The translations under genes and the position numbers were made by a program. The notes below the pieces were generated by a model. The model had not been told where the DNA came from, did not search any database, and worked only from the letters and a program-made list of their open reading frames with translations. Positions 56,527 through 64,000 of a DNA stretch of 64,000 bases are shown piece after piece (the stretch's first letter is position 1; each line of letters starts with the position of its first letter). The stretch comes from a virus, in IMG/VR virus record IMGVR_UViG_3300022700_000179, positions 32,001-96,000 of that record, one strand, 5' to 3'.

Positions 56527-57045
56527 TTACTCTGGATTTTCTGGATTTACATCATGAATCTCGATATAATAATCGGCTGTTACTATTGATGTCAATCTGT
56601 ATGGATGGTTTTCGTCATCGTATTTGTGCACCGGAACGCCGTCGTTTCCATCAGCGTTACGTTTACGGCAGTAACTTTTCGCCAACTCAATGTCATCGAA
56701 GACAGCTTTAATTCGGTAGTCTGAGTAATCACCAGATACAACAATATAAATGCTACTCATCCTCTCACTCCTTTTATCATACTCCCCAGATGCTACCAGA
56801 TCTCCGTATTTCTGCCAACGGCGAATCATCTCTTCAGCGATCTCTAGCCTTTCTGCTGGTGTGAAAAACTCTTCCGGTCTAAAATCAGGCAACATACCTT
56901 CTCTAAATCTGGTGGCATCTTCTCTTCGTTCAAGCATATCGTCGAACCCACCAGTTAAATCGAGGTCAGGTGACAATCCAACTACACCAAAATATGTGTT
57001 AACAATCTTGCCGCTTTGGAGTCTCCATTTATCTCGACTATTCAT
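56527..57045 (-). CDS. hypothetical protein
   Basis: ATGA coupling; IYIVVSGDYSDYRIKAVF module. Confidence 0.7.
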   Translation of the reverse strand: MNSRDKWRLQSGKIVNTYFGVVGLSPDLDLTGGFDDMLERREDATRFREGMLPDFRPEEFFTPAERLEIAEEMIRRWQKYGDLVASGEYDKRSERMSSIYIVVSGDYSDYRIKAVFDDIELAKSYCRKRNADGNDGVPVHKYDDENHPYRLTSIVTADYYIEIHDVNPENPE

Positions 57046-57401
57046 TTTCGTGCGTCCTCGTTCTCATCCCAACCGTGCTTCCCACCCGATAGTTTTTCGC
57101 GGTTCATCTGTGCAAGATCTTCAAGCGAGAGTCCAACCAGGTGGGTCATGATGGACAGATAGTAAAGACAGTCCCCAAGTTCGGCGATCAGCTTGTCCTT
57201 GTTCGGTTCGTGCCCCGGTTTCCACAATACCTTTTTGATATGGTCGAGGGTCTCACCAGCTTCACCTGCAAGTCCCATTGATGCGTGGAGTAGTTGTTCG
57301 CCTGGAAGCTCGTCAACGCTTTGCCATGTCTTCAACGCCCGAGACTGGAATTCATCGGGTAAATGTGGATAACAAAAACGATTAAGGTTGTTCGTATTCA
57401 T
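57042..57401 (-). CDS. MazG-like nucleotide pyrophosphohydrolase
   Basis: MGLAGEAGETLDHIKK...AELGDCLYYL...NREKL. Confidence 0.88.
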   Translation of the reverse strand: MNTNNLNRFCYPHLPDEFQSRALKTWQSVDELPGEQLLHASMGLAGEAGETLDHIKKVLWKPGHEPNKDKLIAELGDCLYYLSIMTHLVGLSLEDLAQMNREKLSGGKHGWDENEDARK

Positions 57402-58585
57402 TCGTTTTCCTCCAATCTACAGAACCCTAGATCGCACAGTTCAAGAATCACTTTTTCAGCATCAGCCTTCATGCAGTCCGATTTATCTGCAACCCTTTCC
57501 AGAAAGTCGTGCTCGATCACCCAGAGGCCATGATCGCTCGTATCACGCGGAACGGGTTTGGCGCTCTGACCGTGACCGCATTCTTCTCGTTGACCTGTCG
57601 TATGAACAGGGAAGGGGCCAAGCAGCTCGAACGGCGTGTTCGCAAGACGGATGACACCCTCTTTCGTGTCTGTTACGTAGATACGCTTTTCGCCCCAACT
57701 CTCCCGCGCGATCCAAACCTCTTGTGTTTGTGCAATGGGTGGACTCACTGCACTACCCGTAAAAGGCGGTTTACCTGCAGGCTCGGAATTTGTCTTGGGT
57801 GTGTATCCTTGATTTGTCATAGTTTCCTCCGTTTCGTGTTGGGTTTGATGGGTGTACTTACACTCAACAATTTTGTCGCTAGCGATACGAGCGATGCGCT
57901 TTCGCTCGCTGTCAAAGCAATCACTGCAAATATCACAGTGTGTATGCTCCCGGCACCACTTACACTCGACAACATGGTCGCAACAATCATCCAGAAGTTC
58001 GTCGCGTTCTTTACGTAGGCGTTCAATTTCGTATATAACGCGTTTATTTTCTTCTTCGATGTCGCGGGGGCGCTCGACTAGTTCTCCGCAAGCGCACACA
58101 GTAGGTTTGCTGGGCTGTTGGTTAGAGTCTTTTTGATCATCCTGCTGCGAGTCAATAATGTCGCGGACGTACCTGCGTAGGTCCTCTAGCATCACCGCTA
58201 CGTCAGTGTTCGCCTCCAAAGGGGCCTGGTCCTCATTCCGCGCACAAACAGTCTCCAGTTTAGATAGGATGGATTCCAAGTCAGGAATAGACACCATCTG
58301 TGTTTCCGCCGCAGGCTTATCAGACATCTTTTCTGTACCCTCCTTTGTTGAATACTTGTTCAGCCAGTCTACGTATTGTTCGGCCAACTCAGGATTGGAC
58401 ACGAACGAGTCCCATGCTTCTTCTGTGTCAATTTCGATCGGCTGAGGCAGGGGTTGGCCAGGATCGACTTTGCCTATGCACACCCAAATTGGTTCCAGGT
58501 TTTGCCTCACGTCAAACCACCTTTTAATCTCAGCGTCCCATTCAAGAGCCTCGCCGATATTATCAAACTGGTGAATGAGTTTCAT
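57398..58585 (-). CDS. mosaic hypothetical protein (in-frame fusion of small modules)
   Basis: Start at MKLIHQ; internal SD+ATG at MSDKP and MTNQG. Confidence 0.65.
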   Translation of the reverse strand: MKLIHQFDNIGEALEWDAEIKRWFDVRQNLEPIWVCIGKVDPGQPLPQPIEIDTEEAWDSFVSNPELAEQYVDWLNKYSTKEGTEKMSDKPAAETQMVSIPDLESILSKLETVCARNEDQAPLEANTDVAVMLEDLRRYVRDIIDSQQDDQKDSNQQPSKPTVCACGELVERPRDIEEENKRVIYEIERLRKERDELLDDCCDHVVECKWCREHTHCDICSDCFDSERKRIARIASDKIVECKYTHQTQHETEETMTNQGYTPKTNSEPAGKPPFTGSAVSPPIAQTQEVWIARESWGEKRIYVTDTKEGVIRLANTPFELLGPFPVHTTGQREECGHGQSAKPVPRDTSDHGLWVIEHDFLERVADKSDCMKADAEKVILELCDLGFCRLEENE

Positions 58586-58590
58586 GATTT

Positions 58591-59178
58591 TTATCTCTCC
58601 GCTCTTACCTTCTTCAATTGGTGCAACGTCGCCGAGCACATATCTCTTTGTTCATTTACAGTCGCATCATATGCAGGACGCCACCAATCCAACGGACTGT
58701 CCAACGCAAACTCCAAGAAGTCAATGGCGCCATCTAACCAGTCTGGCTTAATATCAATTGGCACATTCATAATACGACTATATTTTTCACACACTGGATA
58801 GAATCCCACTTTTCCGTCACCTTTTGTAGCTCGTTCGTGTAGGAATTCTTCCTGAGCTTTTCGTTTCAGAATATCCCATTGCTGCGGATCGTCAGGCAAT
58901 GCAGAGTCGCCTTTTTCTTGTCTATCCGATAATTGTTCTAGTACCATAACGTCGGTAGTTACAAAGTAAAACCTTCCGCCTAGAGCACGATAAAGGTACT
59001 GCCGCCAGGATATTCTTTTTTCTGTACACCCCTCTACCAATTCCCCATCCTTCCACTTGTAGCCATTACCTACGGTGAAGAACAGGTGGTCCATAACTCG
59101 GTAGCGGTCGAGTTCATCGAATCCGAACAGGTTGGGGTAACTCCACAGGGACTCAAATATGGTGTCTTCAAACGTCAT
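58591..59178 (-). CDS. hypothetical phage protein
   Basis: SD GGAG; DHLFFTVGNGYKWKDGEL. Confidence 0.75.
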   Translation of the reverse strand: MTFEDTIFESLWSYPNLFGFDELDRYRVMDHLFFTVGNGYKWKDGELVEGCTEKRISWRQYLYRALGGRFYFVTTDVMVLEQLSDRQEKGDSALPDDPQQWDILKRKAQEEFLHERATKGDGKVGFYPVCEKYSRIMNVPIDIKPDWLDGAIDFLEFALDSPLDWWRPAYDATVNEQRDMCSATLHQLKKVRAER

Positions 59179-59191
59179 GTGCTCACTCCCG

Positions 59192-59968
59192 TTATAGCTT
59201 ATCTACACAGTATTTACAGCGCGTCGGTCCACCAGAGATAAGAACACCACAATCAAGGCACGCGCGAACCGTGGTCCATGGACCAATGTGCATGGTATCC
59301 TCACCGAACTGCCGTACGACGGGATCCTCTGTGACGCCGTTACAGCACATATCCATGTAAGCTGTAATAACAGCGCGCCTGCCGCGATCGGCGCTGCGTT
59401 CTGTTTCGGTTTGGTCAGGACTAGGCACAACTCCTAGAAACTGGTCCTTGTCTTCATTTGGCGGTTGCCTAACTACTGCTTCTCTTCCACCAACATTTAT
59501 TTTAGATCCTTCACCAATACAATCATTCTCCTGCGGTGGGATAGGTTCTGGCTTTTCTACGCCTGCACGGTGCCATGGAACCACATAAACAGCATCAAAT
59601 TCTATTTGATCATCCTCCCATTTCACCGTCCAACAGTCTTTGATGTTCAATATGTAACCAGCATTATGAGGTGGACTAAAAGCGTGTACGGTTATATCGA
59701 ATGGCCTGGTTTGTTGAGGCGCGTCGACCGCCTTCCCACTTAGTATCTTGTCTACGGCTGCTCCCCAAAGTATGCCGTGAACCCTCACAGCTCCGGTTTC
59801 CACTGCTGAATGGCACCCAATTCCATGTACTTCTACGTAGTCTTGGATTACCTCAACAACTACATTGTCTGCCACTCCAAAAGAGTAAAGTACACGACAG
59901 CCAATATGCTCAAAAGATGAAAAAGCGAACAGTGCTCGTGTTCTCATGTGCTCACTCCTCGATGCCAA
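59192..59968 (-). CDS. hypothetical protein with C-terminal CLDC...CKYC zinc finger
   Basis: 258-aa ORF; likely start at MRTRAL. Confidence 0.65.
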   Translation of the reverse strand: MASRSEHMRTRALFAFSSFEHIGCRVLYSFGVADNVVVEVIQDYVEVHGIGCHSAVETGAVRVHGILWGAAVDKILSGKAVDAPQQTRPFDITVHAFSPPHNAGYILNIKDCWTVKWEDDQIEFDAVYVVPWHRAGVEKPEPIPPQENDCIGEGSKINVGGREAVVRQPPNEDKDQFLGVVPSPDQTETERSADRGRRAVITAYMDMCCNGVTEDPVVRQFGEDTMHIGPWTTVRACLDCGVLISGGPTRCKYCVDKL

Positions 59969-60173
59969 TGATTTCCCAACAAGGTAGTTCGTCTTCGTGG
60001 CTCTTTAATCCTTCTGGAGTAGCTGTCAGGTTGGAGAACTTCACGTAGAAGTCTCCAGCTTTGGAATATATTACCAAGTTGTTTATGATTCCTCTCATAA
60101 GTCCCATACAAGTTTTAAGCGTTACCTCGCCATTGCGCACGTGTGGGATTAGCCTTGGAAGCAGTTTATTCAC
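59952..60173 (-). CDS. hypothetical protein
   Basis: SD AAGGAG. Confidence 0.6.
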   Translation of the reverse strand: MNKLLPRLIPHVRNGEVTLKTCMGLMRGIINNLVIYSKAGDFYVKFSNLTATPEGLKSHEDELPCWEIIGIEE

Positions 60174-60195
60174 TTTCTTGCTCCTTCATGACAGC

Positions 60196-60390
60196 CTATT
60201 CATACAATTCAGATAGCTTATTGATCAACTCATTGTACTTCGCTATCTTGGTCTCGTTGCGCTTTATGTACACATCATAACTTGGAGGGACCGTAGCTAA
60301 CATTTTCCCACAGAAATTCTTTTCTGTTCGCAAGGTGAATAATATCATATTCAACTCTTCGGGCGCCAGATTTACTTGCATAGTACTCAC
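60196..60390 (-). CDS. hypothetical protein
   Basis: SD GAGGAG; GTGA coupling. Confidence 0.6.
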   Translation of the reverse strand: MSTMQVNLAPEELNMILFTLRTEKNFCGKMLATVPPSYDVYIKRNETKIAKYNELINKLSELYE

Positions 60391-61088
60391 TCCTCATTAT
60401 TCTCGTCTTTACTGCCTGCCAGTGTTGCAACACGTTTTCGCTCGTCCTCAAAACAATTTAAGCACACTTCAACATGGCCCGTCTGACCACACCACCTACA
60501 TGGGATCCCGCGGTAGTCGAAATCTTGTGCTTCTTCTAGGTCATCCTTTACTTGCTCAAACATCTTACGATGAACTAGCCCGCTTGGGTGTTCTTTGACA
60601 ACGGCTGGGCGTGGACGCGCCTTTAGGCCATCAGGGCCACCAATATAAGCATCACAATCTAGACAGACAAAAGCGTCACACCTAGTTTCGATTAGATCAC
60701 TGCCACATCTCGGGCAGTTTATAGTGACCAGTTTTGGTCCTCTTGCAGCCGATTCTCTTTCCATTTCTCTAGTAGTGTCTTGCATAGCGTTTGCTTCTTC
60801 GTGCTCATCCAAGTAAGCTTCACAGTTAGAGCACACCAGGTAAGTAGTAGTTCCTTTCACTTCAGAGTGCATAGGTGGATCAATGCGTCCACAACTATGG
60901 CATTGCCACTTTTTGTAGGGATTCATATTTTTGTAGTCGATCTTGTACGTTCGTTCTGGAACACTTTTGTCTACGTGTGAATAAGTTTTCTGGTTGTTTA
61001 GTTCCCACGAAGAGATCTCGCCTACCGGGAACGAGTCGTTATTTTTGTTTGCCATCGACGTACACCTTAAGTAGTGGTGGTTGGGCAT
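60387..61088 (-). CDS. multi zinc-ribbon protein
   Basis: Six CxxC pairs; likely start at MANKNN. Confidence 0.7.
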   Translation of the reverse strand: MPNHHYLRCTSMANKNNDSFPVGEISSWELNNQKTYSHVDKSVPERTYKIDYKNMNPYKKWQCHSCGRIDPPMHSEVKGTTTYLVCSNCEAYLDEHEEANAMQDTTREMERESAARGPKLVTINCPRCGSDLIETRCDAFVCLDCDAYIGGPDGLKARPRPAVVKEHPSGLVHRKMFEQVKDDLEEAQDFDYRGIPCRWCGQTGHVEVCLNCFEDERKRVATLAGSKDENNEE

Positions 61089-61350
61089 CTCTCGAACCTA
61101 GTATCCACATTGAATCTACGGGAAGCTGGATCCGAGCTGCTCGGAGCATCCACCGAAGTGGCGGACCGTTTTCAGAAGGAAGTAGCATACCTTGGCATAG
61201 GTCAACATACACCTCGACTAGTGGTTCTGGTCCATCCTCTGCGATACTGATTTCCTTCTTTCGCAGAAAGATTTGCCCGTCGTAATCAGGATGATTATTT
61301 GCGCGGAACGGAAGCTCGTTCGAGTCTATCATGGATGGCTCCTCTGGCAT
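61039..61350 (-). CDS. hypothetical protein
   Basis: Tandem array. Confidence 0.55.
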   Translation of the reverse strand: MPEEPSMIDSNELPFRANNHPDYDGQIFLRKKEISIAEDGPEPLVEVYVDLCQGMLLPSENGPPLRWMLRAARIQLPVDSMWILGSRDAQPPLLKVYVDGKQK

Positions 61351-61877
61351 GGTCCTGAGTTCTTAACGTGCCCACACCACGTACATTTATTTGTGTCAGT
61401 CTGACTCTGGTTCGTGGCCTGTGCCTTCTGGTTAGTAGGCTGTGTTCGTAACTCCCGAGATACATCGGCCATAGTCAAGGAGTGCATTTGTTCTGCCAAC
61501 GAAGATAGTTTATCAAGACGACTGCGAAGCGCTTGCACTGTTTCTATCGAGCCTACTTCGTGGAGTAGATCAGCTTCCTCTTCCAACGCCTGTATCTCCT
61601 GTTCGCGGTCAGCGACCAGGGTACGCAACCGCTCTACTTCGGCCTCGCTTGCTTGCAATGCCATGCGGGAACGCGCGGAATCGTCATTAGCAATTCGGCT
61701 CTTCTGGATCAATTCCTGATGTGACTGCTCTAAGTCCTGGTATGCTTGTACTAGAGAATCAAAGTTCATTCCCTGCCACTGTGGTTCATACTCACCACAA
61801 CGACCACAACGTGAGGGCTTACCAATGTACTGGTGAGGTACGCACTGTACAATGAATTGCTCTGGTTCGCTGCTCAT
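61329..61877 (-). CDS. coiled-coil hypothetical protein
   Basis: Heptad-rich middle region; CGRC. Confidence 0.7.
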   Translation of the reverse strand: MSSEPEQFIVQCVPHQYIGKPSRCGRCGEYEPQWQGMNFDSLVQAYQDLEQSHQELIQKSRIANDDSARSRMALQASEAEVERLRTLVADREQEIQALEEEADLLHEVGSIETVQALRSRLDKLSSLAEQMHSLTMADVSRELRTQPTNQKAQATNQSQTDTNKCTWCGHVKNSGPCQRSHP

Positions 61878-62416
61878 AGCTTATCGTCCTCTACCGCCTT
61901 GGTTAGCAGGCTGTCTATCTCGGCTTGTGCTTCTGGTCTACTCAATCCTAATGGGGGTACGTCGATCTCCTGCCAGGCAACTGTTACCATCAATTGTGGT
62001 GGGTTCGGGTGAAATAACGCGCGTACTAACTGAGTGATTTCTGTGTAGGTAATAGATACTTTACCGCGACAAAAAAGACGGAGCCAGTCTACGTCTAGCC
62101 CACCGCGCTCTGCCAAGTCTTCTACGGTTTTGTTGGGGTCGTACGCCAACGCATACAAAACATTGATCCGCATTTGTTCCACGGCATAGCGCTGGTCTAG
62201 AGTAAACTCGTAGATCTTTTCTGCGGTATGTCGATGAAAGTCTTTTTGGTTTTCTTTACTCATGGTACTTGCTCTCCAATGCGCGAACCCAGCTATTCCA
62301 ATCCTCAATACATGCTTGCTTCGTGTGCTGATGTGATTCCAGATGGAACATTGCCGGACACAAAGTTGGTTTGGGGTGTTTGAGCACAAACTCGAAGTAC
62401 CCACTTTGTGGTTCAA
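61874..62416 (-). CDS. XRE-like HTH protein
   Basis: TVEDLAERGGLDVDWLRLFCRGKVSITYTEITQLVRAL; likely start at MSKENQ. Confidence 0.6.
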   Translation of the reverse strand: MNHKVGTSSLCSNTPNQLCVRQCSIWNHISTRSKHVLRIGIAGFAHWRASTMSKENQKDFHRHTAEKIYEFTLDQRYAVEQMRINVLYALAYDPNKTVEDLAERGGLDVDWLRLFCRGKVSITYTEITQLVRALFHPNPPQLMVTVAWQEIDVPPLGLSRPEAQAEIDSLLTKAVEDDKL

Positions 62417-62454
62417 CGACAGGCCGTTCGCGGCAGTTTACACAAGGAAGCGGT

Positions 62455-62970
62455 TTAGGAATCTTTTTTGTCAGGATGCTTTTTCGTGTATTCGTGTATC
62501 AGATTGTTCCATCTTTTCCACCACACACTAAGCGCCATTCGACGATCTTGAGTAGATGTAACGGAAAAATAAATTAAATAGTCTTCACACTTACGTGGAC
62601 ATTGTACTGCCAACAGGCCCTCCTCTGGGAATATTGCAACAGGCAAGCTGCCGCAGTCTGGGCACGGCAGTGGTTCTGGGAAAGCCAACTGGGTCGATTC
62701 TTTTACGTCACTGATCTCTTGTCCAAGTTTCGTAAGGTGATTTAAGATATGGTCACAAGATTTCCAAACCTCAGTTGCAACATTGAACTCCGCCTGGCCC
62801 ATGTGACTCGGTTTTTCGTTCTCTTTAAGTTTGGTGGAGTCGTGAAACCGTGATATAGCTGTCCTGATGTTTCCAGCTACCGAGGTCTTGTGCTCGTCGG
62901 GAGTATCTTCAGACCAGCAGATACTTGCAATGTACCGCTCTACCCATTCTCTAACTTGATCGTCAGTCAT
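62455..62970 (-). CDS. hypothetical protein with Lar-like zinc ribbon
   Basis: PLPCPDCG...VQCPRKC...ALSVWWKRWN. Confidence 0.6.
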   Translation of the reverse strand: MTDDQVREWVERYIASICWSEDTPDEHKTSVAGNIRTAISRFHDSTKLKENEKPSHMGQAEFNVATEVWKSCDHILNHLTKLGQEISDVKESTQLAFPEPLPCPDCGSLPVAIFPEEGLLAVQCPRKCEDYLIYFSVTSTQDRRMALSVWWKRWNNLIHEYTKKHPDKKDS

Positions 62971-63305
62971 GAGGTCTTCTCCTTTGATTCTACTAAGTAG
63001 TCAAACCAACCAGTCACGTCCACACCACGATCAACCAACCGCACCCAGGGCCTAGTCGAGTTGTGAGAATAGGTGAAGTGTTCGATAAAATCACCCCTCG
63101 ACATAGTTCCCAGCTTACCGTCGTCGGGAAGCACCATGTCTGGTTTGTTTTCGCTGTACGAAGGCGGTGTGCCACTGACCCACCACACACGATCTGATTC
63201 AACCTTCACCACAATTGCTCGGTACGTGAACATTTCAGTGAAGTAGTCCCCTACTTGGGGATCGAGTAGGGCTTGGTAAGTCTCTTCTTTGGTGTAATTG
63301 GACAT
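62967..63305 (-). CDS. hypothetical protein
   Basis: ATGA coupling with the downstream gene. Confidence 0.7.
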   Translation of the reverse strand: MSNYTKEETYQALLDPQVGDYFTEMFTYRAIVVKVESDRVWWVSGTPPSYSENKPDMVLPDDGKLGTMSRGDFIEHFTYSHNSTRPWVRLVDRGVDVTGWFDYLVESKEKTS

Positions 63306-63427
63306 AGCGTTGTCTCAGTCTCTGGAACGTGGTTGTCCGTACCAAACATACCACCATCCCACGTGGAGTGCGGCCACCACTACAATTGCTACGAGTAGAA
63401 TTAGTGTGTTCTTCATGCGCAATCCCT

Positions 63428-63757
63428 TTAGCTTCCAGAGCAAGGCCACCCATACCAAACATACCACCAACCTGCGTGGAGCGCAGCCGCCACTCCAGTA
63501 ACCGCCAGTAAAATTAGTGGATATTTAACGCACCTTTTTCTAAGTAACATTGTTGTCCAAGTGTACAAATCCAATTCGGCATCGGGCCCAACTATCACCC
63601 AAGCCAAAAACCAGAGTACAGTAAATAGGACTAACGCATACTTAATCCCGGAATAGAGTTCGAATAATCTGCACGCGGCTTCTTCAGTCATGACAGCACC
63701 CCCAAAATAAATCCAATGAGTCCGCACATTGAGCTTATAGCAATCAATAACAGCCAA
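63428..63757 (-). CDS. membrane protein
   Basis: Two TM segments; likely start at MTEEAA. Confidence 0.6.
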   Translation of the reverse strand: MAVIDCYKLNVRTHWIYFGGAVMTEEAACRLFELYSGIKYALVLFTVLWFLAWVIVGPDAELDLYTWTTMLLRKRCVKYPLILLAVTGVAAALHAGWWYVWYGWPCSGS

Positions 63758-63930
63758 GTAGGACGAGAGTCAAGTTTTTCTATAACGGCAATATCGACTT
63801 TTGCTTGGTTTACGTCGTAGTAAACAAGTGCTTTCCTAGCGTAGGGTGGCATGTCTACAGGCTGTTCGGCATCTATATCAACTACTTGATTACTCATCGG
63901 TGCTATTCCTTTCGGTAACGTAACCCGCAC
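63688..63930 (-). CDS. small membrane protein
   Basis: C-terminal TM helix. Confidence 0.55.
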   Translation of the reverse strand: MRVTLPKGIAPMSNQVVDIDAEQPVDMPPYARKALVYYDVNQAKVDIAVIEKLDSRPTWLLLIAISSMCGLIGFILGVLS

Positions 63931-64000
63931 TTCCTACAATGTTAGGTGTGAGTGGGCGTGTTACGTACCATCCACAGTTCTGGCACTCTACTAAGTGATA

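Noticed and set aside
1-64000. Alternative genetic code (stop-codon reassignment)
   Set aside because: Core genes (TerL, portal, MCP, Ro60, Topo IB) are full length in the standard code; the breaks seen are frameshifts, not in-frame stops.

Overview
This window looks like part of a large tailed dsDNA bacteriophage genome (inferred from gene content; host not identifiable). It has three zones. (1) 1-10.5 kb is an RNA/tRNA-centred cluster: a helical protein gene followed by a ~545-nt non-coding tract holding two circularly permuted tRNA folds, one aberrant tRNA and 6-nt-periodic A-rich repeats that recur over the gene's own RBS; a frameshifted Pth2-like gene; a DHH-like gene; topoisomerase IB; an NYN nuclease; and four covarying Y-RNA-like repeats upstream of a Ro60/Rsr (TROVE-vWA) gene. 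(2) 10.7-43.8 kb is a + strand head/packaging module: terminase large subunit, portal, acidic scaffold, prohead protease, decoration protein, major capsid protein and many modular proteins, then a sigma-like factor and a degenerate exonuclease. (3) 43.8-64 kb is a - strand accessory array with HNH, Tmk, MmcB-like, ClpP, MazG, a truncated major-capsid paralog and a tRNA-like RNA with a D-loop insertion. The strongest novelty candidates are the protein plus permuted-tRNA ncRNA pair, a P-x-x-I-x-Y-x-G-x-x-Y-x-x-A tag found about 24 times in 15 ORFs (candidate capsid-loading signal), and the capsid paralog. All calls come from reading motifs by eye; no database search or folding program was run. 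Several apparent 1-nt frameshifts may be assembly errors.
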